Shown here: positions 9,362 to 18,017 of the stretch, one piece after another
Layout: every line of letters starts with the position of its first letter
Position numbering within the stretch: the first letter of the stretch is position 1
Source: a bacterium
GTDB lineage: Bacteria > Patescibacteriota > Doudnabacteria > UBA920
Direction of reading: 5' to 3'
DNA length: 64,000 nucleotides
Assembly: GCA_021825655.1 (NCBI GenBank)
Contig: JAKAGU010000005.1
Location: 12,400-76,399 of the forward strand
Notes under the pieces: generated by a model
What the model was told of the DNA's origin: nothing
Databases searched by the model: none
Seen by the model: the letters and a program-made list of their open reading frames with translations, nothing else
Program-made: the position numbers and the translations under genes

Positions 9362-10816
9362 TTAATTTTTCTGGCCCAGCAGCACCACCAGGTCGACTTT
9401 GTCTTTGTCGATTTTTATGCCGGGCGGCGGAGTGGTGACTTCCACGGCGTGCAGTTCGTTTTTTATAAATTCCGTGGTGGCGGGTTTGGGGTTGACCTGG
9501 TAGACCAGGTTTTCGGTTAGGGGCCCCTGGCTGTAGCCAACTTCCCAAACCGTCAGCCCCGCGCCTTTCAGCGTTTTAAAAACTTGGTTGTATTCGGTCT
9601 TGTCGCCTGTGCTGGTGCCAAGCCAGACCACGCTGCCTTCTTCTTTCAGCCGGCCCACGGTAAAACTGTTTTTAAAGTAATTTTGAATATCGCTTTCTGT
9701 TTTGCCCGGACAGGCGACCAGCACCCAGGCGCCGGTGCCCTCCATAATTTTTGGGCAAATCAGCCCGGTTTCTTCGTCCAGCGATGAACTGAGGAACTTC
9801 TGGATATTTTTTTCTTTCATCAGGCTGTAGAGGCGGAAAATTTCCCCGGGGTTGATGTTGGTGTGGAAGTGGTCGGCGAACGTGTTAAGCAGACTGTTGA
9901 TTTTACCTGAATCGGTTATGAGATTGAGGCTAAAGGCTTTGGTTTTGAAAGCTGAAATTACCTTTTGCTGCCGGAGGCTGCGGGCAAAATCCGAACCTTC
10001 ACCGTTGTTGCCGTGGCGGGAGCGGGCGAACTCCAAGGCAGTTTTGCCGTCCAAATGGGCCGGGCCTTGCTTAAAGGTAATAGGCGGCAGGTAGCCAATG
10101 CCTGAATCGGGGAACTGGGCGTCGGTAAAGGTGCGGTCCACGTTGACATCCACCCCGCCTAAGAGATCGATGGCTTTTTCAAATCCGGTGAAATCTATCA
10201 CGGCAAAATAAGGCAGTTTCAGTCCGGTCACTTTTTCCGTAGTTTGGGTCGCCCACTGGCCGGCTTCGTTGTAATCTTTGTGCAGGTTGTAGCCTTCTGC
10301 AAAGGCGGCGTTGATTTTCCGGTAGCCGAGATTATTAGGCAGTTCCACCAGGTAGTCGCGGGGCAGGGAGGTGAGCGTGGCTTCGCCGATGTCAGGCCGG
10401 ATTTGGGCGACAATCATGGTGTCGGTCAGGTAAGGACCGTCGTGGCCTTCGCCGCCAATACCCAACAGCAGGATGTTAATCTGGCCCAGGTCTTCGCCTA
10501 CCAGGGTGGTACCCCCGAAAGTGCCCCGGATGGCGAATTGGATTTTTTGCAGAAAGGAATACTTTTGGCCCACAAAGATTTTATCGGAAAGGTTCATGGC
10601 CTTGCTGACCACCAAGCCGCCTAAAATTAAAATCGCCAGCAGAATCGTGACGAAAAGAGTTTTAAAAACCCGGTGCCGTTTTTTCGGGGCAAGGCTGGGT
10701 TTTAACAGGCTGAGCTCGGGTGTGTTTGCCTGGGGCCGAAAGTCGGGCAGCCCAACCCGGCTGTTAATCTGCGGCGGGGTTGGCTTTTTCGGTTCTAGAG
10801 AGTCGATATTTTTCAT
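9362..10816 (-). CDS. LytR-CpsA-Psr (LCP) family protein
   Basis: TM segment, NILLLG, TDTMIV, SLPRD, KINAA, FARSRH, SDFARSLRQQ. Confidence 0.93.
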   Translation of the reverse strand: MKNIDSLEPKKPTPPQINSRVGLPDFRPQANTPELSLLKPSLAPKKRHRVFKTLFVTILLAILILGGLVVSKAMNLSDKIFVGQKYSFLQKIQFAIRGTFGGTTLVGEDLGQINILLLGIGGEGHDGPYLTDTMIVAQIRPDIGEATLTSLPRDYLVELPNNLGYRKINAAFAEGYNLHKDYNEAGQWATQTTEKVTGLKLPYFAVIDFTGFEKAIDLLGGVDVNVDRTFTDAQFPDSGIGYLPPITFKQGPAHLDGKTALEFARSRHGNNGEGSDFARSLRQQKVISAFKTKAFSLNLITDSGKINSLLNTFADHFHTNINPGEIFRLYSLMKEKNIQKFLSSSLDEETGLICPKIMEGTGAWVLVACPGKTESDIQNYFKNSFTVGRLKEEGSVVWLGTSTGDKTEYNQVFKTLKGAGLTVWEVGYSQGPLTENLVYQVNPKPATTEFIKNELHAVEVTTPPPGIKIDKDKVDLVVLLGQKN

Positions 10817-10982
10817 AAGTTTGCCCAGGTATTATAACCGAATTTGCGCCATAAGTTAAGCCGCCTGTTTTTCTCTTGCATTGCCGCCTCAAATCGTGTA
10901 TATTTTACCCAGCATGCGGCGAATGCCGCGCAAAACAGGCGGTAAACCGCAAACCAAGAAGGTTTGTCCTGCTGCATCTTTT

Positions 10983-11126
10983 GGACAATTAGCTCAGGCT
11001 TACCCTGTTGCAAATGCCTGGACAATTAGCTCAGCTGGTTAGAGCGCGCCGTTCACATCGGCGAGGTCACTGGTTCGAATCCAGTATTGTCCACCATTTG
11101 CAACAGGGTGAAGTTAGAGCCCGCCG
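10983..11126 (+). repeat. Partial duplicate of tRNA-Val 5' half split by a 15-bp inverted repeat that encloses the intact tRNA
   Basis: GGACAATTAGCTCAG at 10983 and 11020; ACCCTGTTGCAAATG (11002-11016) / CATTTGCAACAGGGT (11095-11109); GTTAGAGCcCGCCG at 11113-11126 continues the outer copy. Confidence 0.85.
11020..11096 (+). tRNA. tRNA-Val(CAC)
   Basis: Cloverleaf: GGACAAT/ATTGTCC acceptor stem, CGCCG-TTCACAT-CGGCG anticodon arm, GGTTCGAATCC T arm, encoded CCA. Confidence 0.95.
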
Positions 11127-11189
11127 CCTTTTCTTGACTCTGCCCGGGAAATCCGTAGAATAATCCTACACAAGACTAAACCGCCATTT

Positions 11190-11792
11190 ATGCCCGAGGA
11201 AACAAACAATCAGGAAAACCAAAATCAGAGCCCTGTCGCATCGTTTGGTTTATTTTTATGGGATTTGGTCAAAATTTTTCTTTTGGCCATGATTATTATC
11301 CTGCCGGTCAGGACTTTTTTAGCTGAACCGTTTATGGTTTCCGGCTCTTCCATGATCCCGAATTTCCATGACAAGGACTATTTAATTGTGGACCGCCTGT
11401 CTTACCGGATACATAATCCCCAAAGAGGCGATGTGATTGTGCTTAAGTTTCCCAAAGACACGACCCAATACTTTATTAAGCGTATAATCGGCCTTCCGGG
11501 CGAAACTGTAATTTGCGAACAGGGCCGGGTGGCGGTGGAGGCGTCTGGAGAAGCCGCGCCGCAAATACTGGCTGAAACCTACCTGCCCAGCACCGCACTC
11601 ACCCAAAACTGCAAACCCAAGCAGGTTTTAGGCAGTGACGAGTATTTCGTGCTTGGCGACAACCGCATGGCCAGCAGCGATTCCCGGGTCTGGGGGATTC
11701 TACCCAAAGATGATATTGTCGGCCGGGTTTGGCTCCGAATTTTTCCTTTCCATGACTTTGGGTTTATGGCGACACCGAGTTACGCCCAGTAG
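11190..11792 (+). CDS. lepB: Signal peptidase I
   Basis: VSGSSMIP (catalytic Ser), FIKRIIGLPGE (catalytic Lys), GDNR..SSDSR. Confidence 0.96.
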   Translation: MPEETNNQENQNQSPVASFGLFLWDLVKIFLLAMIIILPVRTFLAEPFMVSGSSMIPNFHDKDYLIVDRLSYRIHNPQRGDVIVLKFPKDTTQYFIKRIIGLPGETVICEQGRVAVEASGEAAPQILAETYLPSTALTQNCKPKQVLGSDEYFVLGDNRMASSDSRVWGILPKDDIVGRVWLRIFPFHDFGFMATPSYAQ

Positions 11793-11840
11793 CCTTCAGC
11801 GCTTTCTTTTTTAGTCTAAGCATTCAGCTTTTCCATTACC

Positions 11841-13136
11841 ATGGGTCGTCCAAAAAAGAACCCGACCGCCTCAGGCGGTTATGTGTCCAAAAAAATCCAG
11901 AGCCTGCCGGGCTCTACGGATATTATTACCTCCGCCGATGCGCTGTGGGATATTTTGCTGAAGCGTTTGTCCAGGACCGCCCGGGCGTACGGCTTTAACC
12001 GGGTGGAATCGCCGCTTTTGGAAGAGTCGCGCCTGTTTGAAAGCGCGGGCGCTTTTAACCCCGGGCAGGCAGTGGCCATTTCGGACCAAGCTTATGGCCG
12101 GCCGGTTGTGCTCCGGCCCGCGTTGTTGCCGTCAGTGCTCCGCGCCTATGTCCAGCAAAAAATTTACGAAACTTCTCCTGTCAGCAAATGGTGGTACAGC
12201 GGCTTTACCGTAGCCCAGAAAGAAAAAAGCCAGGCCGCATCGGATTTTAATTTTGGTTTTGAGGTGTTCGGCACGTTTACCCACTTAACCGAAGCCCAGC
12301 TGATTTCCGGCGTCTGGGAGCTGTTCCAGTCTTTGGGGCTCAAGGATTTGGCTTTGGAAATCAACAGTATCGGGGAAGAGGCTTGCCAGCGGGTTTACGA
12401 AGAGGCCTTGGCCGGATACCTGAGCGGCAAAAAATATGAGCTGTGCGACGCCTGCAGCGAGCACTTGAAAGGCAGGGTGTTGAACGTGTTGCGCTGTGAA
12501 AATTTGGACTGCCAGGCTTTGACAGCCGAAGCCCCGACCATTTTGGACTATTTGGATCCGAAAAGCCATAAGCATTTTACCAACATCCTCGAAGCTTTGG
12601 ATGAAATGGGGATTCCTTACCAGCTTAACCACCTGTACAGCGGACCCGAGGGCCACAGCCGCACTAATTTTGTGATAAAGCAAAAAACCAAAACAGGCAG
12701 CCTGGTGCTGGGCGAAGGCGGTTACCATGACGGCGTAATTCAGAACATTTGCGGGAAAAATTTTTGTTCTTTTGGTTTTTACGGCAGCCTGCAGAAAGTT
12801 TACGACCTGCTGACGGCCAGCCGGGTGACGGTTTCCCGCGAGCAGTCCAGCGAAGTTTTTCTGGTGCCTTTGGGCGAACTGGCTTCCAAAAAGGCCCTGC
12901 GGCTGTTCAGGGATTTGATCAGCAGCAAAATTTCTGTTTACGACCATTTTGGCGACGCGGGTGTAAAGAACCAGCTCAAAGCGGCCCAAACCTTCAAAGC
13001 CCCCATTGCCTTGATTATGGGGCAGAAGGAAGCTATGGATGAAATGGTGATTTTGAGGGATGTAAAATCCGGCATGCAGGAAGTTATTTCTTATGATAAA
13101 ATAGTGGAAGAAGTGAAAAAGCGCCTAGGCAAGTAA
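11841..13136 (+). CDS. Histidyl-tRNA synthetase paralog with degenerate catalytic motifs
   Basis: HisS architecture and C-terminal anticodon-binding domain (KNQLKAA, IMGQKE, LRDVKSGMQE), but motif 2/3 and histidine-binding residues are substituted. Confidence 0.8.
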   Translation: MGRPKKNPTASGGYVSKKIQSLPGSTDIITSADALWDILLKRLSRTARAYGFNRVESPLLEESRLFESAGAFNPGQAVAISDQAYGRPVVLRPALLPSVLRAYVQQKIYETSPVSKWWYSGFTVAQKEKSQAASDFNFGFEVFGTFTHLTEAQLISGVWELFQSLGLKDLALEINSIGEEACQRVYEEALAGYLSGKKYELCDACSEHLKGRVLNVLRCENLDCQALTAEAPTILDYLDPKSHKHFTNILEALDEMGIPYQLNHLYSGPEGHSRTNFVIKQKTKTGSLVLGEGGYHDGVIQNICGKNFCSFGFYGSLQKVYDLLTASRVTVSREQSSEVFLVPLGELASKKALRLFRDLISSKISVYDHFGDAGVKNQLKAAQTFKAPIALIMGQKEAMDEMVILRDVKSGMQEVISYDKIVEEVKKRLGK

Positions 13137-13150
13137 TTAACGGAACAAAT

Positions 13151-13486
13151 ATGGAAGATTGCGTATTTTGCAGCATCGTCAATAAAACTTTGGAAAAGGA
13201 ATTGCTTTACGAAGACGACAAGGTGGTTGTTTTCAAAGACATCCTGCCTAAAGCGCCCGTGCATTTGCTCATTGTCAGCAAGGACCATATTGTATCCATT
13301 AACCACATTGCGGACACGCAGGAGAATTTGGCCGGGCATATGGTTAACGTAGCCAGAAAAATGGCTTTAAAGTACGGGGTTTACGAAAGCGGTTACCGGC
13401 TTATTTTTAATGTGGGCCGGGACGGCGGCCAGGTTATTCCCCATCTGCATCTGCATTTGCTCGGTGGTAAAACCTTGGAAGCCTAA
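13151..13486 (+). CDS. HIT family (Hint) nucleotide hydrolase
   Basis: CVFC, PKAPVHLL, GQVIPHLHLHLLGG histidine triad. Confidence 0.95.
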   Translation: MEDCVFCSIVNKTLEKELLYEDDKVVVFKDILPKAPVHLLIVSKDHIVSINHIADTQENLAGHMVNVARKMALKYGVYESGYRLIFNVGRDGGQVIPHLHLHLLGGKTLEA

Positions 13487-13664
13487 AATGAGAAAATTGC
13501 CGCCCCGCTGTTTAAAGCGGGGCGGTTTTTTATGCCTTCGGGGCAGGGTGTTGCCAGCTTTATCATTCGGGCTGGCAGCCTTTTCGGCTTAGGTTTGACC
13601 AAAGCCCAAAATTTCTGTATAGTATTGGTATCTGTTAACGAGAAAGGAGAGTGAGTTTTTCAAC

Positions 13665-13898
13665 ATGGTAGAAGTCAAACGCAAAGATAATGAATCATTT
13701 GAGAGTTTGCTGAGGCGTTTCAACCGCAAAATCCAACAGAGCGGCGTGCTTATTCGCGCCCGCAAAACTCGTTTTTTTGAATCTCCCAAGTCCCGCAATT
13801 TGCAAAAAGTTGCCGCCAGAAGGCGCTCGCAAATCCGCAGCGAAAAGGAAGAACAGAAAAAAATGATGCGCCCGGTCAAGAAATTCGGCCGCAGATAA
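13665..13898 (+). CDS. rpsU: 30S ribosomal protein S21
   Basis: NESFESLLRRFNRKIQQSG; small and basic; upstream of yqeY. Confidence 0.9.
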   Translation: MVEVKRKDNESFESLLRRFNRKIQQSGVLIRARKTRFFESPKSRNLQKVAARRRSQIRSEKEEQKKMMRPVKKFGRR

Positions 13899-13979
13899 AT
13901 ATGACTCATGACAGATAACTTATTCTCTTAAAGAGGGGATATAAGTTATCCAATTATTAGTCATAATTCGGAAATAAAA

Positions 13980-14420
13980 ATGCTTTCGCTATCACAAATT
14001 GAAACAGACCTGGTGGCGGCTATCAAATCCAAGCAGCAGGCGCTGGTAGAGACCCTGCGGGGGCTTAAAACACGCATCCAAAACGAGCAGATTGCCAAAA
14101 TGAAGGAATTGGCTGAGGCTGATATTGTGGCTTTGGTAAAGTCGGAGGTGAAAAGGCGCAAAGAAGCTGCGGAAACTTACGTTTCCGGCGGCCGGGCTGA
14201 ATTGGCGGAAAAAGAGCTGATGGAAGCCGGGTTTTTGGAAAAATATTTGCCGCCCCAGATGAGCGAGTCCCAGATTGCGGAAATGGCGGAAAAAATTATT
14301 GCGGAAAAAGGTTTTACGGCTGCGGATTTTGGCAAGGCCATGGGGCAGCTTAAGGCCCAGGCCGGACAGAACGCGGACGGTTCCTTGCTTGCCAAGGTCC
14401 TAAAAGAGCAACTAAAGTAA
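13980..14420 (+). CDS. GatB/YqeY domain protein
   Basis: KRRKEAAETY...GRAELAEKE...YLPPQMSE...GKAMG. Confidence 0.93.
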   Translation: MLSLSQIETDLVAAIKSKQQALVETLRGLKTRIQNEQIAKMKELAEADIVALVKSEVKRRKEAAETYVSGGRAELAEKELMEAGFLEKYLPPQMSESQIAEMAEKIIAEKGFTAADFGKAMGQLKAQAGQNADGSLLAKVLKEQLK

Positions 14421-14440
14421 TTTCAGCTAGGTTATTTTTC

Positions 14441-15691
14441 ATGCCAAAAGAACACTACATTGTCGGTTTGGACGTAGGCACTTATGCGGTGCGGGCGGTC
14501 CAGGCCAAATATAACCCTGAAAAAAATGAATTCAGCGTAATTGGCGCCTCGGAAGTGGAGTCCCGCGGCGTGCGGCGCGGCGTCATCGTGGACATAGAAG
14601 AAGCCGTTTCTTGCATTTCCAAAACTTTGGAGCGCTTGGAGCGCATGACGGGCGTGCCCGTGTCCGCGGCTAACGTTTCGGTTTCCGGCGGGCACGTGTC
14701 CGCTTTGCAGTCCCACGGCGTGATTGCGGTTTCCCGGGCTGACGGCGAAATTTCAGAGGCCGATGTGGTGCGCTGCATTGACGCCAGCCAGGCCATCTCC
14801 ATCCCGCAGAACCGCGAGGTGCTCCACGTCTTTCCCAAGACTTTCACTTTGGACGGCCAGACCGGCATCCGCGACCCGCTTGGCATGAGCGGCATCCGTC
14901 TGGAAGTGGACAGCGTGATTGTCCAGGCCGGTTTGCCTTTTGTAAAAAATCTGACCAAAGCGGTCATGCAGGCGGGTTTGGAGATTGAAGACCTGGTTCT
15001 GGCGCCCTTAGGCGCCAGCGAAGCCGTGCTTTCCAAGCGCCAGAAAGATTTGGGAGTGTGCCTGGTGGATTTGGGTGCGGGTACGACCAGTATGGCCGTA
15101 TTTGAAGAAAGCGACCTTGTCCATACCGTGGTTTTGCCAGTGGGCAGCCAGCATATTACCAACGATATTGCCATTGGCCTCCGGTGCAGCATCGAGACCG
15201 CGGAGCGCGTGAAATTGGATTATGGCCATTCGGACCCGAAAGCTATTGCCCGGGACGAGGAGATAGATTTGTCCAAAATAGACCCAGGCGAAGAGCAGAA
15301 CACGACGCGCAATTACGTGGTCGAAATCATTGAAGCCCGCTTGGAAGAAATTTTTAACATGGTGAATGCGGAATTGAAAAAAATTTCCCGCGACGGCAAA
15401 CTGCCGGCCGGTATTGTGCTGACAGGCGGGGGAGCTAACTTGCCGGGCGTAGCGGATTTTGCCAAGAAGCATTTGCGTTTGCCAGTGACTATCGGCAAGC
15501 TCCAGAACATTTCAACCATTATTGACCGGGTGCAGGATCCGAGCTTTGCCACGGTTTCCGGTCTGGCCCTGTGGGGCGAAGAGTTTGGGCATGGCGGGGG
15601 CGGCGATTCCTTGTCCTCGGTCCTGAATAAATTTTTAAAACACCCCAAAGCGGAAAAGGTGAAGAGTTGGTTTAAATCTTTCCTGCCCTAG
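14441..15691 (+). CDS. ftsA: Cell division protein FtsA
   Basis: [33 protein letters not shown]-terminal amphipathic helix KVKSWFKSFLP. Confidence 0.97.
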   Translation: MPKEHYIVGLDVGTYAVRAVQAKYNPEKNEFSVIGASEVESRGVRRGVIVDIEEAVSCISKTLERLERMTGVPVSAANVSVSGGHVSALQSHGVIAVSRADGEISEADVVRCIDASQAISIPQNREVLHVFPKTFTLDGQTGIRDPLGMSGIRLEVDSVIVQAGLPFVKNLTKAVMQAGLEIEDLVLAPLGASEAVLSKRQKDLGVCLVDLGAGTTSMAVFEESDLVHTVVLPVGSQHITNDIAIGLRCSIETAERVKLDYGHSDPKAIARDEEIDLSKIDPGEEQNTTRNYVVEIIEARLEEIFNMVNAELKKISRDGKLPAGIVLTGGGANLPGVADFAKKHLRLPVTIGKLQNISTIIDRVQDPSFATVSGLALWGEEFGHGGGGDSLSSVLNKFLKHPKAEKVKSWFKSFLP

Positions 15692-15703
15692 TAAATTAAA
15701 GTT

Positions 15704-15732
15704 AAAAAAACCCTCAATTTGAGGGTTTTTTT
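15704..15732 (+). terminator. Intrinsic terminator after ftsA
   Basis: A7-CCCTC-aattt-GAGGG-T7. Confidence 0.7.
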
Positions 15733-15806
15733 AATGCCATACCGCCCGAATTATAAGTAGTTATGTGAAAACTTGTTTTAAATAAGGGTAAAATTAGGCA
15801 GGACTA

Positions 15807-15835
15807 TTGACAATTGGCCATTTTTTTGCTATAAT
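15807..15835 (+). promoter_or_regulatory. Consensus sigma70 promoter
   Basis: TTGACA (15807-15812), 17-bp spacer, TATAAT (15830-15835). Confidence 0.85.
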
Positions 15836-16095
15836 AGTGGGTCAAAATTATCAGTGTATTTATGCCGGTAATTTTGGCCAATTGTACCTTTTTATTCCGT
15901 AGGAGGAATAAGTGCTACTTAATTTAGAGGTGTCCTTTGCGACAAGCAGGCGATTTTTCGTCTTTTTGTGGCAGAGGACACCTACGTGTGTTCCGAAGCC
16001 GCGCAGAGGTCCTCTGGCGATTTTTTCTGGGAGCGTTTAACAGCGTTTCCAAAACCGGAATGTAGTTTAGACACAGACTCCATGGAGATGATTCG

Positions 16096-17400
16096 ATGAA
16101 ACGATTGACCCTGATGTTCGCCTTCGTGCTGGCGCTGGCCATCACGTTTTCTCACTCGGCTCTCGCGCAGTTTGGCGGAGCCGAAAACCCGGGGATCCAG
16201 GCCCAGGCAGATGCGGCACAGGCGAAAGCCGATGCCGCGGCTGCCAAGAAGCAGGCCGACGATCTCAAGAAAGAAGTGGACACGCTCAAGAAGGGCGGCG
16301 GCCTCACATCCGACAACACGTGGATGTGGTGGTTGCTGCTGCTGATTCCGATCGGTCTCGGGGCATGGTGGTTCTTTTTCCGTAATCGTGGAGAGGGGCA
16401 ACCGCCTATCGTTCCCGAACCGGCTGCGCCTGCGGAACCCGAGAATCCGAACCCGCCCGCTCCCGACAACGGTGGTGGCGAACCCCCGGCTCCTCCGGCG
16501 CCCGCACCGCAACCCGAACCGGCTGCGCCTGCGGAACCCGAGAATCCGAACCCGCCCGCTCCCGCTCCTAACCGCAACCCGAACCCGGCACCCATTCTGG
16601 ACGACGCAGCCAAAAGCAGGCTGAGGCAGACACTTCCGGTGATTGCTTTCGTGTTGCTTTTCAGTGGTCTCGCTTCTTCCGTCCGCGCCGCGAACTGCTT
16701 CAACACCGCGGCCCCGGTCGGCGGCGCCTCTCCGGTGCCGATCGCTATTGTGAAGGAATCCAACACCCTTCGCTGCAACAACTCCAGCCCTCTCACCGTG
16801 TTTGACGAGAGCGGCCGGGCAGTTGCCACGGGGACGCGGACTATCACCTTCACTCCCACAACCTCCGGCCGTTACCATATCCGCGCAGGCAGGGTCACCA
16901 TCAGTCCGCTGGTGGTCACGGACCGCTACGGCGCGTTCCTGATCAACGGCTCTGTGGATCTGTCCCGCGGTTCGGTCTCTTCGGCTGACGCCACGGCGCG
17001 CACTCAGGCCAAGCAGGCTGATGTCAAGGCCAACGCGGCAATGAGCCGGGTGACCACTACCGAGAAGTCGGTGGGGACGCTCAGTGACCAGATCAAGGCC
17101 ATCGCCGCCGCGCACGACCGACTGGAGGAGCGCGTCTCCGCTCTGGAAAGCCGGCCGGCCCCCCGGGTCGACCTGGCTCCTTTGGAGCAGCGCGTGGCCA
17201 CGCTCGAAGCCGAGCTGGCGCGAGTGAAGGCCACGGCCAACACTGCGCTCAGTACCGCGCAACAGGCAGATGCCAAGGCTACCGATGCCAACACCCGGTA
17301 TGAAGAGATGGGCCTTGCCCGGTTTAAGACCGGCCTGTTCCGTTCCAAAACCGTGGTTGAGGCCGTCGAAGACGCCAAAGCCAAAGCCAGCAAACAGTAG
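16096..17400 (+). CDS. Hypothetical membrane/secreted protein with Pro-rich linker and C-terminal coiled coil
   Basis: GGAG SD; signal peptide; Trp-rich TM; PEPAAPAEPENPNPPAP x2; second signal-like segment; Ala-rich heptads. Confidence 0.8.
   Translation: MKRLTLMFAFVLALAITFSHSALAQFGGAENPGIQAQADAAQAKADAAAAKKQADDLKKEVDTLKKGGGLTSDNTWMWWLLLLIPIGLGAWWFFFRNRGEGQPPIVPEPAAPAEPENPNPPAPDNGGGEPPAPPAPAPQPEPAAPAEPENPNPPAPAPNRNPNPAPILDDAAKSRLRQTLPVIAFVLLFSGLASSVRAANCFNTAAPVGGASPVPIAIVKESNTLRCNNSSPLTVFDESGRAVATGTRTITFTPTTSGRYHIRAGRVTISPLVVTDRYGAFLINGSVDLSRGSVSSADATARTQAKQADVKANAAMSRVTTTEKSVGTLSDQIKAIAAAHDRLEERVSALESRPAPRVDLAPLEQRVATLEAELARVKATANTALSTAQQADAKATDANTRYEEMGLARFKTGLFRSKTVVEAVEDAKAKASKQ
16414..16564 (+). 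repeat. 52-bp perfect in-frame direct repeat
   Basis: 16414-16465 is identical to 16513-16564 (99-bp offset). Confidence 0.9.
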
Positions 17401-17658
17401 CACTACAATCGCCGTTCCCCGCACGCCTGTAAAAAGGCCGGCGGGGGACACACACTCGAAAAAAGGGCCGGCCTCACAGCTTGCCCTTTTTTCCATGCCT
17501 GTTTTTTATTTTGGTCAACCGAGTCACATATGTGACAAAAGTGCTGATTTTAATTGGATTTTGGCAGGCAAAAGAAGTGAGTTGTTTTTTTAAAAATGAA
17601 CCGTTTATGCTATAATTAATTTAAATTAAGCCAAAAATTAAGCATTGGAAACAAAAAT

Positions 17659-17982
17659 ATGAACCCTTCATTAACCTCCGCACAATATGTTGAAGATTTT
17701 TTGCAGGCGTTGTTAACCGAAGCTGGTATGGACACGGTTTCGGCTGAAGTCAAAGAACAGATGCTGACGGACTTAAGGGCCCGTTTGCAGGACCGGCTGT
17801 TCGGTACCATTGTTATGAATTTGAGCGACGGCAAGCTTACCGAATTCCGCGAATTGGTGGACAACGGCGGCTCGCAGGACGAGTTGGAAAAATTTGTGGA
17901 TGCCAATGTACCCAATTCGGCTGAAGTGTTTGCCCAGGCCATGATGACTTTTCGTAGCGATTATTTAGGCTTACAGGAATAA
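17659..17982 (+). CDS. Small acidic helical protein, DUF5663-like (CPR-typical)
   Basis: Pattern LQDRLFGTIVMNLSD...F..LVD...ELEKFVDANVPN..EV; family assignment from memory. Confidence 0.7.
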   Translation: MNPSLTSAQYVEDFLQALLTEAGMDTVSAEVKEQMLTDLRARLQDRLFGTIVMNLSDGKLTEFRELVDNGGSQDELEKFVDANVPNSAEVFAQAMMTFRSDYLGLQE

Positions 17983-18017
17983 GCCTTTTTATTTTACCCA
18001 AATTAACTTTGCCCACT

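Noticed and set aside
10983-11126. Intron-containing or permuted tRNA
   Set aside because: The outer copy stops after the 5' anticodon-stem strand, so splicing would not yield a full tRNA; the inner gene is already complete.
15982-17496. 504-aa antisense ORF
   Set aside because: Shadow of the GC-rich + strand gene, which has the promoter, SD and signal peptide.
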